From NCBI GenBank assembly GCA_036301785.1, contig JAXJDU010000286.1:1-42337 (forward strand): 42,337 bases of DNA, written 5' to 3'. Origin of the DNA: Acutalibacteraceae bacterium. GTDB taxonomy: Bacteria > Bacillota > Clostridia > Oscillospirales > Acutalibacteraceae. Made by a program: the position numbers and the translations under genes. A model generated the notes under the pieces. The model did no database searches. It was not told the origin of the DNA and saw only the letters and a list, made by a program, of their open reading frames with translations. Below, piece by piece: positions 1 to 9,590 of the stretch; positions within the stretch are counted from its first letter, which is position 1, and each line of letters starts with the position of its first letter.

Positions 1-912
1 GGTATAGGCAGAGTGTATAAATACACTACAAACAGTGCAATAGCAACTGGTGATGGTATAGCCTTTGCAAGAAGATTGGGTGCTGAAATTATGCACCTTG
101 ACAGAATTCAGTTTCATCCAACTGCTTTTGCAGCAGATAAAGACCGTGAACGCTTTCTGATAAGTGAGGCTGTGCGAGGTGAGGGAGCTGTACTGCTTAA
201 TTGCTATGGCGAACGCTTTGCACACAACTATGACAGCAGAGGAGAGCTGGCACCACGAGATGTTGTAAGTGAGGCTATTGTAAAAGAAGCATTGCGAACT
301 AAAAGTGAAAGCTTCTATCTGGATATAACACATAAGGGTGAGGATTTTGTAAAAGAAAGATTCCCTATGATATACGAAAATTGCCTTGCAGAGGGTGTTG
401 ATATAACAAAGCAGAGAATACCTGTTTTCCCTTGTCAGCATTACCTTATGGGTGGTATAGATGTAGACCTGAACGGTAAAACATCTGTAGACAGACTATA
501 CGCAGCCGGAGAATGCTCTCACACAGGTGTGCATGGTGCAAACAGACTTGCAAGCAACAGCCTGCTTGAAGCACTTGTTTTTTCAAGACGAGCTGCACTT
601 GATATTATGAAGGATATAAAGGCTGGCAACAAAAAGACTGTATCTGGCGATAAGCCAACCTACAGCATGGGTACCCTGCCTTTGCCAAAGGGTATAAGAA
701 CAGAAATAAGAAGCACCCTTCAGGACGCTTACTTTGTTCTTAAAAAGCCAGAAAAATTTGAAGAAAGCTTTAAACGCTTCAACGAAATTCTAACAGACCT
801 TGAAACTAACGACTATATGCTTACCAGCGATTACATAGAAGCAAAAAGCCTTGCTACAGTAGCACAGGAAATTATGCTGGAGGTAACAGAAAAGCAGCAG
901 GAGGATTACTGA
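1..912 (+). CDS. nadB: L-aspartate oxidase, 5'-truncated by window edge
   Basis: Frame is open from base 1 (GIGRVYKYTTN). Motifs QFHPT, ISEAVRGEG, ELAPRDVV, HYLMGG, GVHGANRLASNSLLE; adjacent to nadC. Confidence 0.95.
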   Translation, partial: GIGRVYKYTTNSAIATGDGIAFARRLGAEIMHLDRIQFHPTAFAADKDRERFLISEAVRGEGAVLLNCYGERFAHNYDSRGELAPRDVVSEAIVKEALRTKSESFYLDITHKGEDFVKERFPMIYENCLAEGVDITKQRIPVFPCQHYLMGGIDVDLNGKTSVDRLYAAGECSHTGVHGANRLASNSLLEALVFSRRAALDIMKDIKAGNKKTVSGDKPTYSMGTLPLPKGIRTEIRSTLQDAYFVLKKPEKFEESFKRFNEILTDLETNDYMLTSDYIEAKSLATVAQEIMLEVTEKQQEDY

Positions 913-913
913 T

Positions 914-1750
914 ATGGTTAATCAGATATATATAGACAATCTTATAAAAACAGCTTTACTTGAGGATATAAACTACCTTGACACAACTACAGATTATCTT
1001 ATTCCAGCAGAGCAAGAGGGAGAGGCTAAGTTTTTAGCTAAGGCAAGTGGTGTGCTGTGTGGTATTGATATTGCATTAAGAGTTTTTGAGCTTTTACAGC
1101 CAGATTTTAAATACGAGGTGTTTATAAAAGATGGCGAAAAGGTAAACGAGGGTGATATTATAGCAACAGTAAGCTGTAAAACACGCACACTTTTAAAGGG
1201 CGAGCGTACAGCTCTTAACCTTTTACAGCATTTAAGTGGTATTGCTACAGAAACAGCTCGTTGTGTAGAGCTTGTAGAGGGTACAAATGCTTCTATTGCT
1301 GACACAAGAAAAACGCTTCCTGGTATGCGTCCAATACAGAAATACGCTGTAACAGTTGGTGGTGGCAGAAACCACCGTTACAATCTGTCTGACGCAGCTA
1401 TGCTGAAGGATAACCACATAGACGCAGGTGGTGGTATTACAAATGCTGTAGCTAAGCTGAAAGCAAAGCTTGGTCATATGACAAAAATCGAGGTAGAGGT
1501 TCGTAACCTTGACGAGCTTAGAGAGGCTATTGACGCAAATGTAGATGTTATTATGCTTGACAATATGAGCCCTGAGCTTATGGCTGAGGCTGTAAAAATT
1601 ACAGATGGCAAAGCACTTTTAGAGGCGTCTGGTGGCATTACAAGCGACACAATCCGTGCAGTTGCAGAAAGTGGAGTAGATATTATTTCGATAGGTGCTC
1701 TTACTCACTCTGTAAAGGCGTTTGATATTTCACTTAAAATTGTAAAATAA
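914..1750 (+). CDS. nadC: Nicotinate-nucleotide pyrophosphorylase (quinolinate phosphoribosyltransferase)
   Basis: DTRKT, NHRYNLSD, LKDNH, IEVEV, IMLDN, EASGGI, SIGALTHS motifs. Confidence 0.97.
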   Translation: MVNQIYIDNLIKTALLEDINYLDTTTDYLIPAEQEGEAKFLAKASGVLCGIDIALRVFELLQPDFKYEVFIKDGEKVNEGDIIATVSCKTRTLLKGERTALNLLQHLSGIATETARCVELVEGTNASIADTRKTLPGMRPIQKYAVTVGGGRNHRYNLSDAAMLKDNHIDAGGGITNAVAKLKAKLGHMTKIEVEVRNLDELREAIDANVDVIMLDNMSPELMAEAVKITDGKALLEASGGITSDTIRAVAESGVDIISIGALTHSVKAFDISLKIVK

Positions 1751-1766
1751 GATATAACACAAAATT

Positions 1767-1800
1767 AAAACGCACTGTGCATTGTAGCATAGTGCGTTTT
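1767..1800 (+). terminator. Intrinsic terminator after nadC
   Basis: AAAACGCACTGTGC...GCATAGTGCGTTTT hairpin with T tract. Confidence 0.85.
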
Positions 1801-1819
1801 GTGATTTTGGTAAAAATAA

Positions 1820-1918
1820 CTGTGCGTTGAGGGTGAAAAGTGTGAATCTTTTGAAACCTTAAACGGAGAGCTTTCAGATATTGCCTGTTATTCGATTTTA
1901 AAGAAAGATATTACATAA
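1820..1918 (+). pseudogene. C-terminal remnant of a RimJ/RimL-like GNAT acetyltransferase
   Basis: Start-less frame LCVEGEKCESFETLNGELSDIACYSILKKDIT* resembles the EG..RE....NG...D...YSILK tail of RimJ/RimL GNATs. Its stop abuts the RBS of the next gene. Confidence 0.5.
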
Positions 1919-1937
1919 TAAAGGAGAGATAAATAAA

Positions 1938-2483
1938 ATGACATACGCAATTGAATTATATTTTGATAAAGAGCTTGAAGCAAAAATATTAAAGCTGGCA
2001 CAAAAGCTAGCCGACAATAAATTAACCACTAAGTTTTTAGAGTGGAAAACACGCCCGCATGTTACATTGGCTGTTTTTAATGATATTGATGAAAACAGAT
2101 GTGTTGAGCTGTTAAAAGGCTTTACAGAAAAGCATACACACATACCAGCTTTTCTTGACTCAGTAGGTATGTTTAATGATACAAAAACAATCTTCTTAAA
2201 TCCTACAATGACAAAAAGTATGTACCAGCTTCATGCAGATTTGCATACAGCTTTAAGTGAGTTTGATACAAAGGGATGGGAATGGTATTTGCCAGACGGC
2301 TGGGTGCCACACTGTACTGTTGCTTTAACAAGAGAAGATGAAGCAGAGGTTTTCTATAAAGCAAGTGAGCTGATACTACGAGAGTTTGAAAAAATGGAGG
2401 GTAAATATACAGCTCTTGGTCTTGTGAAAATAACCTTCCCTGTAGATGAGCTTGCAGTTGTTCAATTAGGCGAGGGTGAATAA
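1938..2483 (+). CDS. 2H phosphoesterase / 2'-5' RNA ligase family protein
   Basis: Two HxT motifs (PHVTL, PHCTV); AAGGAG RBS. Confidence 0.88.
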   Translation: MTYAIELYFDKELEAKILKLAQKLADNKLTTKFLEWKTRPHVTLAVFNDIDENRCVELLKGFTEKHTHIPAFLDSVGMFNDTKTIFLNPTMTKSMYQLHADLHTALSEFDTKGWEWYLPDGWVPHCTVALTREDEAEVFYKASELILREFEKMEGKYTALGLVKITFPVDELAVVQLGEGE

Positions 2484-2496
2484 TATAGTCCGATAA

Positions 2497-2536
2497 AAAT
2501 GCCGATAAACAGAGGTTATCCTGCTTATCGGCATTT
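2497..2536. terminator. Bidirectional terminator between convergent genes
   Basis: AAATGCCGATAA...TTATCGGCATTT inverted repeat. Confidence 0.75.
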
Positions 2537-2545
2537 GATTTTTTA

Positions 2546-3517
2546 TTATGCTTGAATATCTATTTTAATGCTGCCTGTAGTTGTTGATATGTTACATACG
2601 CCACCAGTAGTTGTACCAGGAACATTTACACGGCCTGTAGAAGAGCTTGTTACAAATATCTTATCGCTAAGCAATGTACCTGAAACGCTGCCTGTTGTTG
2701 AAGTAACATTCAGTTTTTCAGCGTCGCAACGGTCAAATTTAACACTACCAGTAGTAGTATCAATTACAAAGTTATTTGTAGCAATAGTATTGCTTAAAGC
2801 GATACTACCTGTAGTGGTTTCAGCCTTCAGGGTGCCACAGTTAAGGTTTGCTGCTTTTATTGCACCTGTAGTAGCAGTAATATTAACATTACCGTCTGAG
2901 TTAACCGAATTTAAGATGATAGCACCTGTTGAAGCACTAAGTGAAATTTCACCGGCAGTAAGGTTTTCAAGGTTGATTTTACCTGTGCTAAGGTTAACAT
3001 ATAAAAGCTCTGAAGCAGAAGCAAGACAATTTACACTTGCTGTGCTGCCGTCTACCTTGATACTGTCAAATGCGAAATTCTCAGGAATTGCAATATCACC
3101 TGTGGTTGTGTTGATAACCAGTGAGCTGTATTTCTCCTCTGGTAAATATACAGTAAGCTTTGGTGAATCTAAAGAAAAACCTATCTGGAAATGCTCGTAC
3201 CATTTTCTGTTGTCTGTTTCTTTTATTGTAAGAGTTGAGTTTTTTACGGTAGTAACATGATTAACTTTTTCTGGTTCGTAGCATACAACCTTGCACTGAT
3301 TATCCTCAGATGGCAAAAGCTGAATTTTTGCTATGCTTGTATCGATTGATATGTTTTCGAAAGATTCGGTTATATTGTAAGTATTAGTTATATATTTGTT
3401 AGTGTCTAGCTTTAAAAAATCAAATTTGAACACAGTCATCACTCCTATAAAAATAATTGCTCCTGCAACTACAAGTATTGTTGCTATAATAAGTCCTGTT
3501 TTTGTTGCTTTACTCAT
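2546..3517 (-). CDS. DUF4097-family beta-strand repeat (putative adhesin-like) protein
   Basis: N-terminal TM helix followed by many (S/T)TTG(S/A/D/K)(I/V) repeats; typical third gene of PadR-DUF1700-DUF4097 operons. Confidence 0.85.
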   Translation of the reverse strand: MSKATKTGLIIATILVVAGAIIFIGVMTVFKFDFLKLDTNKYITNTYNITESFENISIDTSIAKIQLLPSEDNQCKVVCYEPEKVNHVTTVKNSTLTIKETDNRKWYEHFQIGFSLDSPKLTVYLPEEKYSSLVINTTTGDIAIPENFAFDSIKVDGSTASVNCLASASELLYVNLSTGKINLENLTAGEISLSASTGAIILNSVNSDGNVNITATTGAIKAANLNCGTLKAETTTGSIALSNTIATNNFVIDTTTGSVKFDRCDAEKLNVTSTTGSVSGTLLSDKIFVTSSSTGRVNVPGTTTGGVCNISTTTGSIKIDIQA

Positions 3518-3524
3518 GATTAAA

Positions 3525-4115
3525 TTACCCCTTTATAAATAAACGCTTAATACCCTGTGCGATTTTTACAGTTAAGAATGCACAGCCCTTTGTAGCCAGC
3601 TTACAGCCGAAGAAGAAGAAGATAGAAACACCAGCAATCACAGTGCTTGCACCAAGCATTGCTACACCTGCTATAGGACTGCCACCTAAAATAAAGATAA
3701 AGGTTGCTGCCAAGCATACCAGCGATGAAAATCCGAGAGCAAGGTCAACTGCCCACAAGCTTACTATTACTGACCACAAAACGATATATAGTGCGAAAAA
3801 TACAGAAAATGCAGCAAGTAAAAGAGAAAGCCATAGTGGTGAGCCAAGCACTAAAAGCACAATTTCCCATACTCGTAAAGCTCTTTTTGGCTTAACCTTT
3901 TCTTTTATAAGATCAGATAGTGGTATATCTGATAAAATCTGCGATACAATTTCGTCTATAGAACCGATTTGCAGTACAGCCTCTTCCTCTGTAAACCCCT
4001 CTTCAATTCTGTCGTCAATCATTTCACTGTAAAAGCTTAAATGTTCGTTGATTTCGCTTTCAGGTAATCCGTTTAATTTGTTTTTTAATTGCTCAAGAAA
4101 TTCTTGTTTACTCAC
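3525..4115 (-). CDS. DUF1700 (HAAS domain) membrane protein
   Basis: MSKQEFLEQLKNKLNGLP...FYSEMIDDRIEEG...EEEAV N-terminus followed by TM helices. Confidence 0.88.
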   Translation of the reverse strand: MSKQEFLEQLKNKLNGLPESEINEHLSFYSEMIDDRIEEGFTEEEAVLQIGSIDEIVSQILSDIPLSDLIKEKVKPKRALRVWEIVLLVLGSPLWLSLLLAAFSVFFALYIVLWSVIVSLWAVDLALGFSSLVCLAATFIFILGGSPIAGVAMLGASTVIAGVSIFFFFGCKLATKGCAFLTVKIAQGIKRLFIKG

Positions 4116-4429
4116 TATTGATAATCCTCCCTAATTACAAATTCGTATATAGCCTCAATTTCTGTCCATTCCTGCTTGAAATCCTCTATACGGCTTCTGC
4201 CAATATCGGTAATGTGATAATATTTTCTAAGTCTGCCACCATGCTCCATTGTGTTTACTGTTAACATATCAGCCGACTCTAAACGCTTTAGAATAGTGTA
4301 CAGAGTTGATTCGGACAATGTGATATATGGGTTTAAATCCTTTATGATTTTATACCCGTATGAGGGTTCGTTTTTTATTGCTGCAAGTACACATACATCT
4401 AGCAAGCCTCTTTTTAGTTGAATATCCAT
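4115..4429 (-). CDS. PadR-family transcriptional regulator
   Basis: QLKRGLLD, SYGYKI, ESTLYTILKRLE, RKYYHIT motifs; GGAGG RBS. Confidence 0.93.
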   Translation of the reverse strand: MDIQLKRGLLDVCVLAAIKNEPSYGYKIIKDLNPYITLSESTLYTILKRLESADMLTVNTMEHGGRLRKYYHITDIGRSRIEDFKQEWTEIEAIYEFVIREDYQ

Positions 4430-4491
4430 AGAATACCTCCTTTCTGGGGATACCCCCTGTTACAGAATACTTCCTGTTATGTAATACTCCT

Positions 4492-4533
4492 TACCTCGAG
4501 ATACATCATATCACGAGGTATTATTTTTGTCAA
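4492..4533 (-). promoter_or_regulatory. sigmaA promoter of the padR operon with overlapping inverted-repeat operator
   Basis: TTGACA(4533-4528)-17-TATGAT(4510-4505); palindrome TACCTCGnGATA-N5-TATCnCGAGGTA (4492-4520) covers the -10. Confidence 0.75.
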
Positions 4534-4904
4534 CGATTTTTTGGAAAAATTATTAAAAATTTTTACCACAGACAACCAACGGGTTCGTTCAGGCGTATAT
4601 TGCGTTCAGTATGTTCTGGGTTATACCTTTGATTGTAAGTGGAAAAATGATATAAGTCAGAATAAGCAGTAGCCTGCTCCTGATAGAATTTAATGTAAAT
4701 GCAAAACAGCAAGAGAACCGGAAAATTTCAGAAAAATCTCAAAAAACCTAGGTTTTAAGCCAATGCTACGATAAGTAGCATTGGCTTTTGGCGATTGTAA
4801 ACAGGTATAGGTGGTGCTACCTGTGATTTTTGCGTAAGATGATATTGTAAGAACGAAACAACACAACGCAAATCGAAAATCAAAACATTATCGGAGGTTT
4901 TACC

Positions 4905-5672
4905 ATGAAAGAGAAAAAGAACACAATCATAAAAGCAAGCAAGCTTAAAAAGAGCTTTCGCACAGGGGATACAGAACAGACTGTTTTTGAAAATCTTGAC
5001 CTTAAAATATACAAGGGTGACTTTACAATAATAATGGGTTCATCGGGTGCAGGTAAATCTACATTGATGTATTCACTGTCTGGAATGGACAGACCAACAG
5101 CTGGTGAGGTTGTTTTTAACGGTAAAAGTATTACAGCTTTAAATGATGATAAGCTTGCAGTTTTCAGAAGAAAAAATTGTGGCTTCGTTTTTCAGCAGAT
5201 TTACCTGCTTGATAAGATGAGCCTTATGGATAATGTGCTTACAGCAAGTGCTTTGTCGGGTGAAAGCAAGAGGGATTCGATTAAACGCTCAAAGGAGCTT
5301 TTCGACCTTGTGAATATTCCAGAGATAACACGCAGGAAGTTCCCTTCACAGGTTTCGGGTGGTGAGGCTCAGCGAGCAGGCATAGTAAGAGCAGTGATAA
5401 ACAAGCCGGAGGTTCTTTTTGCAGATGAACCAACAGGAGCATTGAACTCCAACAACTCAACAGCAGTGCTTGATGTTTTCACTAAGCTGCACAGCGAGGG
5501 TCAGAGCATTATAATGGTAACACACGATAAGAAAACAGCACTAAGAGGAAACCGTGTGTTATATGTAAGAGATGGCAAAATTTATGGCGAGTGTGACCTT
5601 GGAGTTTACACCGAAGACAGCAAAGAAAGAGAAACACACCTTAATAGCTTTTTAACTGAGATGGGATGGTAA
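4905..5672 (+). CDS. ABC transporter ATP-binding protein (LolD/MacB-like)
   Basis: Walker A GSSGAGKS, signature VSGGE, Walker B LFADEPTG, MVTH. Confidence 0.95.
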   Translation: MKEKKNTIIKASKLKKSFRTGDTEQTVFENLDLKIYKGDFTIIMGSSGAGKSTLMYSLSGMDRPTAGEVVFNGKSITALNDDKLAVFRRKNCGFVFQQIYLLDKMSLMDNVLTASALSGESKRDSIKRSKELFDLVNIPEITRRKFPSQVSGGEAQRAGIVRAVINKPEVLFADEPTGALNSNNSTAVLDVFTKLHSEGQSIIMVTHDKKTALRGNRVLYVRDGKIYGECDLGVYTEDSKERETHLNSFLTEMGW

Positions 5673-5673
5673 C

Positions 5674-8001
5674 ATGAGCAAAATATTAAATCAGATTTTA
5701 TACAACCTGAAAAAAGATAAATCATCATTTGTATCCTTTGGAATAATCATAATGATAACAGCATTGATATTGAACTGTGCTGCAGTTTTAATGCTACAGG
5801 TAGATACAGCCTATGACGAAAAGCTTGTAAAGCTTAATACAGCCGATGTCAATGTGGTTGTTCCAGAAATTCAGAATACAAACGAGCTGGAAAAAAGTAT
5901 AAGTGAAATCGACAGCATTGAAAAGGCTGAAAGTCACAGGGGTGTTTTTACAGAAGCAACTGTTAAGGATTTTAATGGTACAGATTTTGAAATGAACACT
6001 ATCTTCTATAATATCGATAGCGAGCGTACACTGAACAGCTTTGAGCTTGTGTCAGAAACAGAAAATACAGTTGATAATCCAATATATATTCCACTATATG
6101 TGGCTCAGTTTGGTGGCTTTGAGCTGAATGAAGAAATCATTTATGCGATTGACGGTAAGCTGCACAGCTTTACTGTGGCAGGAGTTATAGAAGAAATGCA
6201 GTACGGCAACTATGGCTCATCTCTTTTATGTGCGTACCTGCCAGAAAAGGAATTTGAGAAGCTTACAGACAGCTACGACGACAAGAGTGTTGTTGAATAT
6301 TCAATGAGCCTTGCCGATAATGCAAATTCTGACAGGGCTAAAGAGGATATAAGCAAAAAGCTTGAGGATAAAGGTGTGATGATGCTTTCAAGCCTTGATT
6401 GCGAAAGCGTAAAGGGTGCACGCACAATGGTGTGTGACCTGCTGATTTTGATTCTGACAGCATTTGCACTTATCATACTTGCAGTAAGTGTATTTCTGAG
6501 TAACTTCAGAGTTAAGAATGCTATTGAGTCAGAAATAGTAAATATGAGTGTACTTAAAGCCTTAGGCTATACAAGTGGTCAGATAGTAGCAGGTATTACT
6601 CTTCCATACGCTTTTGTTTCGCTATTATTTGCAATGCTTGGTGCAGGCTTGTCTTATCTGTTGTTGCCTGTGCTTTCAACAGTGCTTACAGTGCAGTCAG
6701 GTTTTTCGTTTGATATCAGCTTCGATTTACTAAGCTTTGCAGGTGTAACAGTTATTCTTGCTGGTGTGGTTGCATTCTTTACATTTATATCAGCAAGAAA
6801 AATCAAAAACACACAGCCTATTGATGGCTTAAGAGGTAATTCAGGCTCAAAGCATAGTAAGAAAAACTATTTTCCACTTGAAGAAAGTAAGGGTAATACC
6901 CAGTTGTTGCTTGTGTTAAAGCAGATTTTCGCTTGTAAAAAACAGAATGTAATGCTGTTTTTAGTATGCTTTGTGCTGACAGTGCTGATAGCCTTTTCGG
7001 GTACACTTTTCTATAATGTAGCTGTTGAGCCAGATAACTTTATGTCAGCTTTGTCGGATGAAGTACCAGATGTTATTGTTGTTCCACAGAATAATAGCGA
7101 AAACGAGCTTATAACTGTGCTGAATGACGATGATTTGGTAGAAAATGCATTGAAATATATGTCTGCCAGTGTTAAAATTGGAGATAAGGCAGTTACTGCC
7201 TTGGCTTGCGAGGATTTCTCTGAGGTGAGAAACGATGTGTGCTATGTTGGCACAAACCCGGAAAAATCAGACGAAATTGCGTTAGGAAGTGTATTTGAGG
7301 ATGAATATAAAATTGGCGATACAGTTAATGTGAAGCTTAACGACACAACAAAGGAATTTAAGGTTACAGGCTTTGTACAGAGCGTAAACCTGCAGGGTGA
7401 GCTTTGCGAGTTTAGCCTTAACGGATATATGAGCCTTTGCGAAGACGAGGCTACACCATCTGTTTATGTGTATCTGAAGGATTCAGCCAATGCAGAAAAG
7501 CTTGCAGAGGAATATAAAAGCGAACATTCAGAGCTTGTAGCAGACACAGTAAATTCCTATAAGCTACAGCAGGAAGCTCAGGGTATGTATATGAGCATAA
7601 CAGTTATACTTGTAGCAGTGATTTTTGTGGTGACAATTCTTATTGTACTGTTTATTCTATATATAGTAATCAAGTCGTTGTTAGTAAAAAGAAGACAGGA
7701 ATTAGGCATATACAAGGCTATGGGTTACACAAGCTCACAGCTGATACTACAGACAGCAGGCTCATTTATGCCGGTTTCAATTATAGCTATTGTACTGTCA
7801 AGTGTTATGGCAATGTTCTATATGCCTTGTATATATCAGTTTATCTTCGAGGCGTTAGGTGTTATGAAAAATAACATTGAAGTTTCATTTGGGTTTTTAA
7901 TGCTGTTTGCTGCAGTCCAGATTATTATTAACATTATAATAAGTATTATTTTATGTATGCCAATAAGAAAAATTTCAGCATACGCATTAATTAAGGAATA
8001 A
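5674..8001 (+). CDS. ABC transporter permease (FtsX/MacB-type, duplicated)
   Basis: Two FtsX-like halves (LKALGYT, YKAMGYT) with large extracytoplasmic loops. Confidence 0.92.
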   Translation: MSKILNQILYNLKKDKSSFVSFGIIIMITALILNCAAVLMLQVDTAYDEKLVKLNTADVNVVVPEIQNTNELEKSISEIDSIEKAESHRGVFTEATVKDFNGTDFEMNTIFYNIDSERTLNSFELVSETENTVDNPIYIPLYVAQFGGFELNEEIIYAIDGKLHSFTVAGVIEEMQYGNYGSSLLCAYLPEKEFEKLTDSYDDKSVVEYSMSLADNANSDRAKEDISKKLEDKGVMMLSSLDCESVKGARTMVCDLLILILTAFALIILAVSVFLSNFRVKNAIESEIVNMSVLKALGYTSGQIVAGITLPYAFVSLLFAMLGAGLSYLLLPVLSTVLTVQSGFSFDISFDLLSFAGVTVILAGVVAFFTFISARKIKNTQPIDGLRGNSGSKHSKKNYFPLEESKGNTQLLLVLKQIFACKKQNVMLFLVCFVLTVLIAFSGTLFYNVAVEPDNFMSALSDEVPDVIVVPQNNSENELITVLNDDDLVENALKYMSASVKIGDKAVTALACEDFSEVRNDVCYVGTNPEKSDEIALGSVFEDEYKIGDTVNVKLNDTTKEFKVTGFVQSVNLQGELCEFSLNGYMSLCEDEATPSVYVYLKDSANAEKLAEEYKSEHSELVADTVNSYKLQQEAQGMYMSITVILVAVIFVVTILIVLFILYIVIKSLLVKRRQELGIYKAMGYTSSQLILQTAGSFMPVSIIAIVLSSVMAMFYMPCIYQFIFEALGVMKNNIEVSFGFLMLFAAVQIIINIIISIILCMPIRKISAYALIKE

Positions 8002-8016
8002 AGAAAGGTGATTAAA

Positions 8017-8895
8017 ATGGATTTTGGTGATAAATTAAAGCAGTACAGATTAAACGAGGGGCTTTCTCAGGAGCAGTTAGCAGAGAAAATAGGTGTGTCC
8101 CGTCAGGCAATAACAAAGTGGGAGACTAAGCGTGGTCTGCCTGATGTAGAAAATATGATTATCCTTGCAGAGATTTTCAAGCTTACCCTTGATGAGCTTG
8201 TGCTTGAGGAGGTAAAAAAGCAGGAAGAAAAGCCTGTAGTTTTTGAAAGTGAAACAGTTTATGATATCGACACTCAGAAGCATTTTGATATTTGCTTAGG
8301 TGGTGCAAGAAGAATAACTCTGAAAACAGGTGCAGACGAGAAAATTCACATCAGACTGTCCTCCGACACCCTATCTGATATTGGCTCGCTATTCAAGATT
8401 AAGCTTGACGAAAAGAAAAACAAGCTGGATGTTGACCTTATGAATAAAAAGGGTGTAAGCCGTTTTGAGGCACAGGAAAGTGTGGATATTACACTTTTAC
8501 TTCCAGAAAAATTCACAGAGCATACAGAGGTAAGTGCAAGCGTTAAGGAGTTATTCTTAGAAGATTTACGCCTTAGCAGACTTGAGTATGACGGTGACGC
8601 AGAGAAGATTTACATTCGTGATGTAGAGGGTAGCATAGAGCTTACCTCAAAAACAGACTACGAAATATTTATTTCTGGTAGCTGCACACAGCTTGATGTA
8701 AATCAGTTCAAAGCAAAGGCAGTTGTACACATTGAAGAGCTGGAGAGCTACAAGCTTTTGAATAACGGCAGAAAGTGCAATGTTATTACCCGTAAAAACG
8801 GAGAATTGGTTGAGCTTGAAGAAAACGAAAACGCACCAAACACAATCAGCACATCAGGTATCTTCTCTGAGCTGATTGTTGAGGTTGAGAGATAG
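8017..8895 (+). CDS. XRE-family HTH regulator with uncharacterised beta-rich C-terminal domain
   Basis: LSQEQLAEKIGVSRQAITKWE HTH; ATG at 8017 follows AAAGGTG. Confidence 0.88.
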   Translation: MDFGDKLKQYRLNEGLSQEQLAEKIGVSRQAITKWETKRGLPDVENMIILAEIFKLTLDELVLEEVKKQEEKPVVFESETVYDIDTQKHFDICLGGARRITLKTGADEKIHIRLSSDTLSDIGSLFKIKLDEKKNKLDVDLMNKKGVSRFEAQESVDITLLLPEKFTEHTEVSASVKELFLEDLRLSRLEYDGDAEKIYIRDVEGSIELTSKTDYEIFISGSCTQLDVNQFKAKAVVHIEELESYKLLNNGRKCNVITRKNGELVELEENENAPNTISTSGIFSELIVEVER

Positions 8896-8936
8896 AGCTG
8901 AGCTGGATTGTGAGGCTATAGTCAGGAGCGATAAAT

Positions 8937-8981
8937 AAAAACGCTTATCTTTCTGGCAATGTAAGAAAGATAAGCGTTTTT
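8937..8981 (+). terminator. Intrinsic terminator
   Basis: AAAACGCTTATCTTTCT...AGAAAGATAAGCGTTTTT hairpin. Confidence 0.85.
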
Positions 8982-9188
8982 GTTTTTATGAAATATGCAC
9001 ATATATGTAGAGTGTAAATAGTGCAGGTTCACAAGTGGGTGTGTTTGATTTTTGTGTTATTTGCATATAAGTTAAATATCTTTTTATTGAAAAAAATGAA
9101 TATAGCAAAAAACGATTGAAAAAAGTACACAAAAGTGTTAATATTTAGTAACAATTTTTTGCATAATGATAATGAGGAAGATGATTTA

Positions 9189-9452
9189 GTGACAGATAAA
9201 GAACTGAAAAAGCTTAGCAGGCTGGAGCTTCTTGAACTTCTTCTGGCTGAAAGTCGTGAAAACGAGAGGCTAAGGGCAGAGCTTGAGCAGATAAAACAGG
9301 AAAACAGTATGCATAACAGCGTACAGCGTCTGAATGAAATATCAGAAAAGCTTGATGAAACTTTACAGAAGCTTTATTTAGTAGCTGGTAATACTGATAA
9401 AGTGAACGAAGCTTCTGCTGAAACAGCTGACGAGGGTACAAAAAAAGATTAA
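9189..9452 (+). CDS. Small coiled-coil protein upstream of the pilus locus
   Basis: GAGGAAG RBS then GTG: MTDKELKKLSRLELLELLLAESRENERLRAELEQ, heptad pattern. Confidence 0.75.
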   Translation: MTDKELKKLSRLELLELLLAESRENERLRAELEQIKQENSMHNSVQRLNEISEKLDETLQKLYLVAGNTDKVNEASAETADEGTKKD

Positions 9453-9477
9453 AGGTGTAAAACCGGCTTGTTATAAT

Positions 9478-9528
9478 TTGATGTCAGCAAACATCATAAA
9501 TATAATGAAATATCAGGATATCCTGATA
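9478..9528 (+). promoter_or_regulatory. sigmaA promoter plus perfect 18-bp palindrome in front of the pilus operon
   Basis: TTGATG(9478-9483)-17-TATAAT(9501-9506), followed by TATCAGGATATCCTGATA (9511-9528). Confidence 0.7.
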
Positions 9529-9590
9529 CGCATAGAACACGCTTTAAAACAGATAACTTTTTATATACCCTTGGGAGGAGTTAACAGTAA

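Noticed and set aside
2568..3260. 230-aa + strand ORF
   Set aside because: Antisense shadow of the Thr/Ser-rich DUF4097 gene; its PVVV repeats mirror TTTG; no RBS.
4563..4720. Short minus-strand frame ending ...YNQRYNPEHTERNIRLNEPVGCLW*
   Set aside because: Possibly a gene remnant, but no family is recognisable and there is no RBS; needs BLASTX.
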